Shown here one piece after another: positions 24,579-31,363 of a stretch of 31,363 nucleotides of DNA. The notes below the pieces were generated by a model. That model ran no database searches. It saw only the letters and a list, made by a program, of their open reading frames with translations, and was not told the DNA's origin. The stretch lies in IMG/VR virus record IMGVR_UViG_3300016667_000055, positions 1 to 31,363 of that record. One strand, written 5' to 3'. Position numbers and translations under genes: made by a program. Every line of letters begins with the position of its first letter. Position 1 is the first letter of the stretch. This DNA comes from a virus.

Positions 24579-26334
24579 CTTACATATATTAAATTTAGTA
24601 AAATACGAAGCTCCTACAATTTCTGAAAACAAAAGAAATGACTGGGTAACGTATGGAGAAAATAACGAATATTTCAATTTCCTTATTGAACGCTATAAAA
24701 ATTCTACGACAAATAACGCGATTATAAACAATATAAGCCGTTTAATTTATGGTCGTGGACTATTTGCTATTGACGCAAATAAAAAGCCGAATGAGTACGC
24801 TCAAATGATGGCGTTATTTAACCAAGACTGTTTGAGAAAATTAGCGTTTGAATTAAAAGCTTTAGGTCAGTGTGCTATTCAAGTTCACTATGATAAAAAC
24901 CATAAAAAGATTTTAAAAGCTTATCATATTCCTGTACAACTTTTAGCTCCTGAAAAGTGCAATAAAGACGGTGAAATTGAAGCTTATTATTATTCTGATA
25001 ATTGGGAAGACGTCAAGAAATATGCACCTAAAAGAATAAGCGCATTTGGTTATTCAAATAACGAGGTTGAAATACTTTATATTAAGCCTTATAGCTTAGG
25101 AATGAAATATTTTAGTTATGTTGATTATCAAGGCGCAATTAGCTATGCATTACTAGAAGAAGAGGTAGCAAATTATTTGATTAACGAGGTTCAAAATTCT
25201 TTTTCAGGAACTAAAATTGTAAACTTTAATAACGGAGTCCCAACGCCTGAACAACAAGACCAAATTACAAGTCAAGTTTTAGGTAAGTTAACAGGTTCAA
25301 ATGGGCGAAAGGTTATCGTTTCATTTAACGACAATGTAGAAACACGAACAAGCGTTGAGGATATACCTTTAAACGATGCACCTGACCACTATACATATTT
25401 AAGCGAAGAGTGTTTACGCAAAATTATGCTAGGTCACAATGTAACTTCACCTTTGCTTTTTGGAATTGCTTCAAGTAATGGGTTTAGTTCGAATGCAGAT
25501 GAGTTAAAGAACTCTACTATATTATTCGATAACATGGTTATAAAGCCATTTCAAGACCTTTTGATAAGTGGGTTAGACAGAATATTAGCTTTTAACGGAA
25601 TATCGCTTAAATTGGCGTTTAGAACGTTACAGCCTTTAGAATTTACTGACTTAGAAAACACGCAAAACGAAGAACAAATTGCTGAAGAAACAGGAACGAT
25701 GTTAAGCAAAGATTCTGTAATTGCACAAGCTTTAATTGATTTAGGCGAAGACGAACCCGAAAACGCTATTTTAATAGACGAAAGCGCAGTTGACTATGAT
25801 AACGATGACAAAGAGAATGAAACGCTTTCTAAAGAGCTAAAACCGTCTTTATTTAGCAAACTAGTTAACTTAGTTTCAACAGGTGATAACCGTCCGAATA
25901 TTAGAAGTAACCAAGATGAGGTTATTGAAGGTATTAAATTCTTAACTCGATATGTTTACGCAGGACATACTACGGAAAAAAGCCGTGAATTCTGCAAACG
26001 AATGATTGACGCTAAAAAAATATATCGTAAAGAAGATATAATTAAAATGGGTACTCAATCAGTCAATGAAGGTTGGGGTCCAAATGGTACAGATACATAT
26101 TCAATTTGGTTATACAAAGGCGGAGGTAATTGCAATCATCGTTGGAATAAACGTGTTTATGCAACATTTAGCGGTAAGGCTATTGACGTAAACAGCAAAG
26201 AATTAAAACAAGTTGCGGTTCGTAAAGCTGAGAAATTAGGTTATGTAGTTAAGAATGCCCCAAAGGTAAGCACACTACCAAAGGATATGCCTTACAACGG
26301 ATTTTTACCTACAAATAAAATATACGGGAAATAA
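24571..26334 (+). CDS. Portal protein fused to a MuF/SPP1 gp7-like minor head domain
   Basis: N-terminal WVTYGENNEYFNFLIERYKNSTTNNAIINNISRLIYGRGL is portal-like. C-terminal TEKSREFCKRM...GGGNCNHRW is MuF-like. Confidence 0.6.
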   Translation: MNNLHILNLVKYEAPTISENKRNDWVTYGENNEYFNFLIERYKNSTTNNAIINNISRLIYGRGLFAIDANKKPNEYAQMMALFNQDCLRKLAFELKALGQCAIQVHYDKNHKKILKAYHIPVQLLAPEKCNKDGEIEAYYYSDNWEDVKKYAPKRISAFGYSNNEVEILYIKPYSLGMKYFSYVDYQGAISYALLEEEVANYLINEVQNSFSGTKIVNFNNGVPTPEQQDQITSQVLGKLTGSNGRKVIVSFNDNVETRTSVEDIPLNDAPDHYTYLSEECLRKIMLGHNVTSPLLFGIASSNGFSSNADELKNSTILFDNMVIKPFQDLLISGLDRILAFNGISLKLAFRTLQPLEFTDLENTQNEEQIAEETGTMLSKDSVIAQALIDLGEDEPENAILIDESAVDYDNDDKENETLSKELKPSLFSKLVNLVSTGDNRPNIRSNQDEVIEGIKFLTRYVYAGHTTEKSREFCKRMIDAKKIYRKEDIIKMGTQSVNEGWGPNGTDTYSIWLYKGGGNCNHRWNKRVYATFSGKAIDVNSKELKQVAVRKAEKLGYVVKNAPKVSTLPKDMPYNGFLPTNKIYGK

Positions 26335-26876
26335 TGGCTGAAGCACTACTCATAACGCGAAATGACTTAGTACGTTTAACAGCGTTGAACGGAAACACGG
26401 ACACGGATAAATTTATTCAGTTTATCAAAATAGCGCAAGATATACACGTTGAGAATTATCTAGGCACTCAATTAATTACTAAGATTAAAGATTTAATTCT
26501 AAGTAACGATATTGAACTCCCTGAATTTTCTGAATATAAAGACTTATTAGAGCTTCATGTTAAACCAATGGTTATCTATTGGGCAATGGTTGAATATTTA
26601 CCGAATGCAGCATATACAATCGCAAATAAAGGTATTTACAAGCATAGTTCCGAAAACGCGGAAAATGTAGATAAGTTAGAAGTTGATTTTTTAACTAACA
26701 AATATTCTAATATTGCAAAGGAATATACTGAAAGATGCATTGATTATATAATTTATAGACAGGATTTATTTCCAGAATACAACACAAATTCAAACGGGGA
26801 TACGTTTCCAAGTGATATTAATAATTACGGAGGCTGGGTTTTAATTTTGTTAAGTATTTTTAATTTATATATATAA
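26334..26876 (+). CDS. Hypothetical head-tail connector-like protein
   Basis: Positioned after the portal. The pattern call is weak. Confidence 0.4.
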   Translation: MAEALLITRNDLVRLTALNGNTDTDKFIQFIKIAQDIHVENYLGTQLITKIKDLILSNDIELPEFSEYKDLLELHVKPMVIYWAMVEYLPNAAYTIANKGIYKHSSENAENVDKLEVDFLTNKYSNIAKEYTERCIDYIIYRQDLFPEYNTNSNGDTFPSDINNYGGWVLILLSIFNLYI

Positions 26877-26888
26877 GCATAAGCAAAT

Positions 26889-26984
26889 ATGAAAGAAGTT
26901 AAAACATACAAACCAAAAGACGAAAACGTCAAGAAGCTACTAATTTATTTGAATAAATTAAAAGAAAATAACAATGACAAATGA
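26889..26984 (+). CDS. Small hypothetical protein (31 aa), hand-found
   Basis: Open frame that fills the gap and overlaps the next ATG by 11 nt. Confidence 0.3.
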   Translation: MKEVKTYKPKDENVKKLLIYLNKLKENNNDK

Positions 26985-28095
26985 AAACGGTTGGGGCGAT
27001 GGTTCTGTAAACAACGCAATAGGTTGGGGACAAGGGGCAAATAATGCTATTAGTTGGGGTAAATCGCATTTAGATTCATGGAGTGGAGCAACTGATATAG
27101 ACGGTGGTAATGCGCCTGTAAACACAGTTGCACCTGCATTGAGTGGAACAGCACAAGAAGGACAAACTTTAACTTGTTCAACAGGCACTTGGACTGGAAA
27201 CCCAACGCCTACATATACCTATCAATGGAAACGAAATAATAGTAATATCGGAAGTGCAACTAATTCAACTTACACACTAGTAACTGCAGACGTAGGTCAA
27301 TCAATTAAATGTACGGTTACAGCTACAAATGCAATAAGCGCGGTTAATGCGGATTCAAACACGGTAACACCAACAAGCTCAGTTGATGCAGATGCACAAG
27401 CATTCATAACAGCGGCAGGAATAACAGATAATACTCAAAAAAGTGCTCTTAATCAATTAGTAGTTGACTTAAAAGGCTATTCAATTTGGACAAAGTGCAA
27501 AGCGATATATCCAATAATAGGTGGCACATCTTCGGCTCATGCGGTTAATCTTAAGACTCCAGGCACTTATAATTTGACTTTTGGTACTGGATGGACGCAT
27601 AGTTCTAATGGGATGACTTCATTGAATACTTATGCTCAAACTGGAATACAACCTTCAACAGTACTTGGATTAGATAATTCGCATTTAAGTTATTTTACAA
27701 CTGGTGGTATTGATGCAACTGCAGTGTGTATGATAGGAGCGTATAATGCACCTAACAGGCTTGCTCTTTATGCTCAAGGTCTTTATGGTGTAAATAGTGG
27801 ATCATGGTCAAGTTATACCTATTCAGGAACTGGAGTAAAATTTAGGGTAATTAGTAGGCTTTCTTCAACAGTTCATAAATTTGCAAATAACGGAACAATT
27901 CAAAGTGCTACATTAAGTTCAAGTGCAAGACCAACAGCAAACATAGAACTTGCAAGATTAGGTGGTTTTGGAAGTGATTATTTTAATGGGATATGTAAAT
28001 TTGCATCTGTTGGAGATGGTTTAACAGATACTGATATAGCCAATTTTAATACTGCCGTTACAACTTACCAAACAGCATTAAGTAGATATAATTAA
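26974..28095 (+). CDS. Fibre or adhesin-like protein with an Ig-like repeat
   Basis: NNAIGWGQGANNAISWG repeats. GQTLTCSTGTWTGNPTPTYTYQWKRN motif typical of Ig-like surface repeats. Confidence 0.45.
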   Translation: MTNENGWGDGSVNNAIGWGQGANNAISWGKSHLDSWSGATDIDGGNAPVNTVAPALSGTAQEGQTLTCSTGTWTGNPTPTYTYQWKRNNSNIGSATNSTYTLVTADVGQSIKCTVTATNAISAVNADSNTVTPTSSVDADAQAFITAAGITDNTQKSALNQLVVDLKGYSIWTKCKAIYPIIGGTSSAHAVNLKTPGTYNLTFGTGWTHSSNGMTSLNTYAQTGIQPSTVLGLDNSHLSYFTTGGIDATAVCMIGAYNAPNRLALYAQGLYGVNSGSWSSYTYSGTGVKFRVISRLSSTVHKFANNGTIQSATLSSSARPTANIELARLGGFGSDYFNGICKFASVGDGLTDTDIANFNTAVTTYQTALSRYN

Positions 28096-28096
28096 C

Positions 28097-28318
28097 ATGG
28101 AAGGAAGAATAGTAACTAATCAAACAGCACAAGAATTACAAGGAGTATTCTTTGATAGCGATACATTTTTTAATTTCGTTCAAGATATTAACGATGCATA
28201 TTTTTTATTTTTAAGCGCACAAGATGAAGTTGATATTAGCTCAACTGAATACGCTTATTTATTAGAAATACCATTAAGTCCTTTTGAAACTAAACCAACA
28301 CCACCACCATTCGAATGA
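28097..28318 (+). CDS. Hypothetical acidic protein
   Basis: ORF track. Confidence 0.45.
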   Translation: MEGRIVTNQTAQELQGVFFDSDTFFNFVQDINDAYFLFLSAQDEVDISSTEYAYLLEIPLSPFETKPTPPPFE

Positions 28319-28623
28319 AACATATATTACAAGAAATAGGGTTTAACATAGGAATAAGCGTAGCAGGATTTTTCGGCTCGTTAATTCTTATCGGAAAAAA
28401 ACAAAAAAGCAATCTTAAAACTACGTTCTTTGCTATTATTACAGGAGTTGCAAGTGCGAACTACATAACTCCTATAATCATAGATATTATTCGCTTAGAC
28501 AACAAATATGAAATGAGTGTTGCGTTTATACTTGGATTCTTAGGCGTAAAAGGTGTTGAGTTTGTGAGTGATTATTTAATAGAAAAAGCTCAAAAAAATG
28601 GAAGCAATAAAAATAATCAATAA
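28315..28623 (+). CDS. Holin-like membrane protein
   Basis: Two to three hydrophobic helices. It lies upstream of the endolysin. Confidence 0.5.
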   Translation: MKHILQEIGFNIGISVAGFFGSLILIGKKQKSNLKTTFFAIITGVASANYITPIIIDIIRLDNKYEMSVAFILGFLGVKGVEFVSDYLIEKAQKNGSNKNNQ

Positions 28624-28876
28624 CATTTCGGACTTAATCATTGCGATTAGTCTGGTATTTTTCTTGTATTTTGTATATCAAGAAAACGGTACTATTCAAA
28701 AGCTTAGTTACTTAGAACGAGGATTCGTAAGGGTAGCACTTTCTTTGGGTGCTTCGGGCGCTTTATTTGATGCTTTGACTTGCACTAATAACGCGTCTGT
28801 TTTAATTCACGTAAGCTTTGCAATGATTTTCTGCTGGGCAGCATGGTTTCACTATAAATACTTTGTAAAAAAATGA
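28598..28876 (+). CDS. Membrane protein (second holin or antiholin-like)
   Basis: Three hydrophobic segments and an ATGA overlap with the endolysin gene. Confidence 0.45.
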   Translation: MEAIKIINNISDLIIAISLVFFLYFVYQENGTIQKLSYLERGFVRVALSLGASGALFDALTCTNNASVLIHVSFAMIFCWAAWFHYKYFVKK

Positions 28877-29391
28877 GTTACGACTGGTTATACAATGAGG
28901 GTGCGCCTAGAATATTAGTACAGGCTATTAAACATATCGGGTTAAAAGAGATTGAAGGTAAACAACACAACCCTACTATCTTAGGTTGGGCGCGTGAATT
29001 ATCTTTAGACCGTGTTTACAATGCTGATGAGATTCCTTGGTGCGGTTTATATATCGCTTATGTTTGCAAAATGGCTGGATTAGACGTAGTTCCAAAACCT
29101 TTATGGGCGTTATCATGGGCAACGTGGGGAAACGATGTTACAGAGCCTATGCTTGGGGATATATTGACGTTTAAAAGAGACGGTGGTGGTCACGTAGGAA
29201 TTTATGTAGGCGAAGACGAAACTCACTATCACGTATTAGGTGGCAACCAAGGTAATTCGGTAAGTGTTTCACGCATTGCAAAGAATAGATTATATAAAGC
29301 TAGACGTACTGCTTGGAAAATTGCACAACCTGCAAACGTCCGAAAAATACATTTAGAACCTAAGGGAGTAATAACAACAAACGAAAAATAA
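28873..29391 (+). CDS. Endolysin, NlpC/P60-CHAP-like (TIGR02594-type)
   Basis: KEIEGKQHNPTILGWA...WCGLYIAYV...GDILTFKRDGGGHVGIYVGED...LGGNQGNSVSVS. Confidence 0.75.
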   Translation: MSYDWLYNEGAPRILVQAIKHIGLKEIEGKQHNPTILGWARELSLDRVYNADEIPWCGLYIAYVCKMAGLDVVPKPLWALSWATWGNDVTEPMLGDILTFKRDGGGHVGIYVGEDETHYHVLGGNQGNSVSVSRIAKNRLYKARRTAWKIAQPANVRKIHLEPKGVITTNEK

Positions 29392-29393
29392 AA

Positions 29394-29618
29394 ATGGCAA
29401 AGAAAAAGAAAATCGATGTTGACGTACAAGTGAACGATACGCACGTTGAAGTAAAAAGAGACGAGAAAGAATCAAAGGTTTTACTAGATTCTAATAAATT
29501 AGATATTGAAGTCACAAAGACGGATGACAGCTTAGAGGTGAAAGTTGAGGCTCAAAATCCGTTTTTGGGCTTCGCAGGTAAAATTCTTGGTAAAGTAATA
29601 TCTAAGAAACTAAAATAA
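29394..29618 (+). CDS. Hypothetical Lys/Glu-rich protein
   Basis: ORF track. It is the last gene of the long rightward block. Confidence 0.45.
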   Translation: MAKKKKIDVDVQVNDTHVEVKRDEKESKVLLDSNKLDIEVTKTDDSLEVKVEAQNPFLGFAGKILGKVISKKLK

Positions 29619-29669
29619 TTGTATATTTGAAAAGATTTTTTCATAATTAGTTTAATTGACCGAGAGAAA

Positions 29670-29693
29670 CCCTTACTTATGTAGGGGTTTTTT
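29670..29693 (+). terminator. Intrinsic terminator
   Basis: CCCTTAC/GTAGGGG stem with loop TTAT and a T6 run. Confidence 0.65.
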
Positions 29694-29745
29694 GTTATAT
29701 TTGGGCATTATTAATAACGATTAATAGTCTTAATGTAACATTAAA

Positions 29746-29769
29746 CCCTAGTATTTGCTGGGGTTTTTT
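29746..29769 (+). terminator. Intrinsic terminator
   Basis: CCCTAG/CTGGGG stem with loop TATTTG and a T6 run. Confidence 0.65.
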
Positions 29770-29800
29770 GTTTTCTAAAAAAAAATATTTAAAAAAATAG

Positions 29801-29845
29801 TTGTTATTCAAAAAAGAATATATATATTTGTTGAAACAATTAAAC
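29801..29845 (+). promoter_or_regulatory. Early promoter with spacer inverted repeat (twin of 3060-3103)
   Basis: TTGTTATTCAAAAAAGAATA (29801-29820), -7 box TATATTTG (29823-29830), then AAACAATTAAAC (29834-29845). Confidence 0.6.
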
Positions 29846-29853
29846 AAAACAAC

Positions 29854-30000
29854 ATGAAAAATTATCTACACAACTTGTTAGACCAAGTTACACCAGCGAA
29901 CGATGAGCAGAAAGAGTTTTTAAAGACGATTTTAGGCTTCTGGGCGTTCTTATTTGCATTCATTGGTATATCTTATTCACTTTTAAATTTAATGCCATGA
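29854..30000 (+). CDS. Small membrane protein (48 aa), hand-found
   Basis: Hydrophobic segment ILGFWAFLFAFIGISYSLL and an ATGA overlap with the next gene. Confidence 0.45.
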   Translation: MKNYLHNLLDQVTPANDEQKEFLKTILGFWAFLFAFIGISYSLLNLMP

Positions 30001-30179
30001 GAAACGCTAAAAAGAGCAATCCAACATTAATAGAAATAATTAACTATTGGTTGGAACAGGAAAAGAAAAATGTAGGCAGAATGAATATAGCGCATTATAT
30101 GAAAGTATGTAGCGCAAAAGCTTATAATTTAAGATGGAATGAAGAATCTAAATCTTGGAGTTATGAAAACAGCTATTGA
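29997..30179 (+). CDS. Hypothetical protein
   Basis: ORF track. Confidence 0.5.
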   Translation: MRNAKKSNPTLIEIINYWLEQEKKNVGRMNIAHYMKVCSAKAYNLRWNEESKSWSYENSY

Positions 30180-30399
30180 TTATTTATATGAGCAACTGGT
30201 TACAAGTGATAAAAACGAATTTTCACTAGATGAATTAACTAGTATTTACGACCAAGCTAAATTGATTGAGAAAGAACAAATTATAGAATCACACAGGTAC
30301 GCTTATTTGATTTGTGGATTTGAACACTCAGCTGAGGATTGTAGTAATGAATATTATTTTGAAACTTATGAAGACCAAAGAAGTAACACTAACCATTGA
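30163..30399 (+). CDS. Hypothetical protein (paralog of 4489..4701)
   Basis: MKTAIDYLYEQL...QAKLIEKEQI...YYFETY. The start may instead be 30139. Confidence 0.5.
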   Translation: MKTAIDYLYEQLVTSDKNEFSLDELTSIYDQAKLIEKEQIIESHRYAYLICGFEHSAEDCSNEYYFETYEDQRSNTNH

Positions 30400-30595
30400 A
30401 TATAGTACGTTTGATGACTTGAAAGAAGTGTTAGACCGTGTTTACGCAGAACTTACACAAGGCAAAGAATACTTTGAAGACGTAATTCACACGGATAACG
30501 GTAAGCGGTTAATTCACTTCATGCAAAAATATAAGTCGTTAAGAACATTTAAAGTTGTAAATTCGGATTCAGTAATTGTAAAAAGTAAAATATGA
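30368..30595 (+). CDS. Hypothetical protein
   Basis: ATG 30368 minimises overlap. The track start is 30314. Confidence 0.45.
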   Translation: MKTKEVTLTIEYSTFDDLKEVLDRVYAELTQGKEYFEDVIHTDNGKRLIHFMQKYKSLRTFKVVNSDSVIVKSKI

Positions 30596-30774
30596 CAGCA
30601 AAAGACAAAGCTTTGACTATAATGGATGATATCTATGTAGGATTAGAAATTAAACACCAACAAACAGCTAAAAAGGTAGCTATATATTTAGCGCATTCGC
30701 ACGTATGGGATACCTTAGAATTAGAGAAAATCGTGTTTTGGAAAGAAGTAGTAAGAGAATTAGAAAAGCTATGA
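30592..30774 (+). CDS. Hypothetical protein
   Basis: ORF track; ATGA coupling. Confidence 0.5.
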   Translation: MTAKDKALTIMDDIYVGLEIKHQQTAKKVAIYLAHSHVWDTLELEKIVFWKEVVRELEKL

Positions 30775-30878
30775 AACTATATTACCCACGACAAAAATAC
30801 GAATATCGTAGGCTAAGGAACTGGAAAAGAAGAGTAAACATTTCTAATAATTTCTACAAGAATTTTGAATTTGATTAA
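30771..30878 (+). CDS. Small basic protein (35 aa), hand-found
   Basis: ATGA overlap with the upstream stop. Confidence 0.35.
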   Translation: MKLYYPRQKYEYRRLRNWKRRVNISNNFYKNFEFD

Positions 30879-30889
30879 GTAATTATTGT

Positions 30890-30897
30890 TATATTTG
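30890..30897 (+). promoter_or_regulatory. -7 box TATATTTG
   Basis: TAnnTTTG match upstream of the replication gene leader. Confidence 0.5.
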
Positions 30898-30901
30898 TCT
30901 A

Positions 30902-30991
30902 TCTGAAATTACAACCACATGAATCAGAAGACTTTTTTATTAACCCTCGTATTCAAAATGCCTCGTGGTTGTGGCTATTGGTACGGGGGTT
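30902..30991 (+). promoter_or_regulatory. Structured leader: two hairpins with complementary loops (pseudoknot)
   Basis: Hairpin 1 is 30902-30906/30924-30928, and its loop contains ACAACCAC (30911-30918). Hairpin 2 is 30942-30951/30982-30991 (10 bp, one G-U pair), and its loop contains GTGGTTGT (30965-30972). Confidence 0.5.
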
Positions 30992-31009
30992 ATTCATTAA
31001 ATTACAACC

Positions 31010-31363
31010 ATGACTCAAAAAAAACCTTTCGTAAAAATCAACATCGAAGACCTTGAATATGCCAAGGAATTTTTCGATAATATAGCCGATTATTCTATTT
31101 GGTTATATGCTGTTACTGAATATTATTGCGGTAATGAAGTTCAAATAAAAAAGAAAATCGTAAAAAAATATTTCGATAATTACAAAAAGACGATGAATAT
31201 CGTTCTTGAAGCTAAAGAGTTTGGAAAAAAAGGTGCATTGAAACGCATTGAAAAACAACAAGTTAACATTGATACCCTTGAAGACCCCCTACAATACCCC
31301 CTTAAAGAGACCCTTACAGTAAATAATAAAGTTATAAATAATAAAGATAAAGAAGTAATTAAT
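31010..31363 (+). CDS. Replication-associated protein, N-terminal part (continues at nt 23 after removing the 22-nt overlap; about 211 aa in total)
   Basis: From ATG 31010 there are 118 codons open to the window end with no stop. The last 7 codons equal codons at nt 2-22. Confidence 0.65.
   Translation, partial: MTQKKPFVKINIEDLEYAKEFFDNIADYSIWLYAVTEYYCGNEVQIKKKIVKKYFDNYKKTMNIVLEAKEFGKKGALKRIEKQQVNIDTLEDPLQYPLKETLTVNNKVINNKDKEVIN

Noticed and set aside
365-29444. All 13 minus-strand ORFs in the track (365..616, 2780..2998, 8208..8471, 13944..14216, 16288..16512, 17072..17311, 17831..18073, 20476..20697, 21298..21537, 21930..22547, 23923..24171, 26958..27188, 29229..29444)
   Set aside because: Each lies antisense inside a well-supported + strand gene or across + strand promoter/terminator signals. 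Their sequences are low-complexity (Ser/Phe/Leu-rich) and typical of the antisense of A-rich coding DNA. None has promoter, coupling or motif support.
1-31363. A prophage or temperate lifestyle, with the 22-nt terminal repeat read as att sites
   Set aside because: I recognised no integrase, excisionase or CI-like repressor. An ORF reads continuously through the repeat, so it is a circular-closure overlap rather than attL/attR.

Overview
The window is a complete, circularly closed dsDNA tailed-phage genome of about 31.34 kb. Its first 22 nt equal its last 22 nt, and one ORF runs off the 3' end and continues in frame at the 5' end. G+C is roughly one third by eye. Every credible gene is on the + strand, and genes are tightly packed with ATGA/TAATG overlaps. 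There are no Shine-Dalgarno sequences but several TAnnTTTG -7 boxes, which suggests a Bacteroidota (Flavobacteriia-like) host; this is inference. Gene order: replication and recombination genes (Phg_2220_C-like replication protein, DnaB-like helicase, NinG, ERF annealase, FEN/5'-3' exonuclease); small early genes; an HTH protein; a sigma-70-like factor; a HAD phosphatase; terS; a disrupted terL; tail genes (chaperone-like gene with a frameshift signature, tape-measure-like protein); XkdF-type protease; a fibre; scaffold; major capsid; tail-tube-like protein; a portal-MuF fusion; a second fibre-like protein; and a holin/endolysin cassette. I saw no integrase, tRNA or CRISPR array. All family calls come from motif recognition by eye, and all expected counts are rough hand estimates. 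Main hunt results: (1) The only terL has its Walker A coding sequence split by a 42-nt hairpin cassette with two in-frame TAA stops, directly downstream of an HNH homing endonuclease. This resembles the T4 gene 60/mobA ribosomal-bypass cassette. (2) That endonuclease is flanked by two diverged copies of the terL 5' end that differ almost only at synonymous positions. (3) Three promoter-proximal leaders share a two-hairpin kissing-loop (pseudoknot) architecture with different sequences but preserved complementarity. (4) The word AAACACGRA is strongly over-represented and strand-biased, and it occurs in all three reading phases. (5) A T9 slippery tract joins two long overlapping open frames, suggesting a -1 frameshift.
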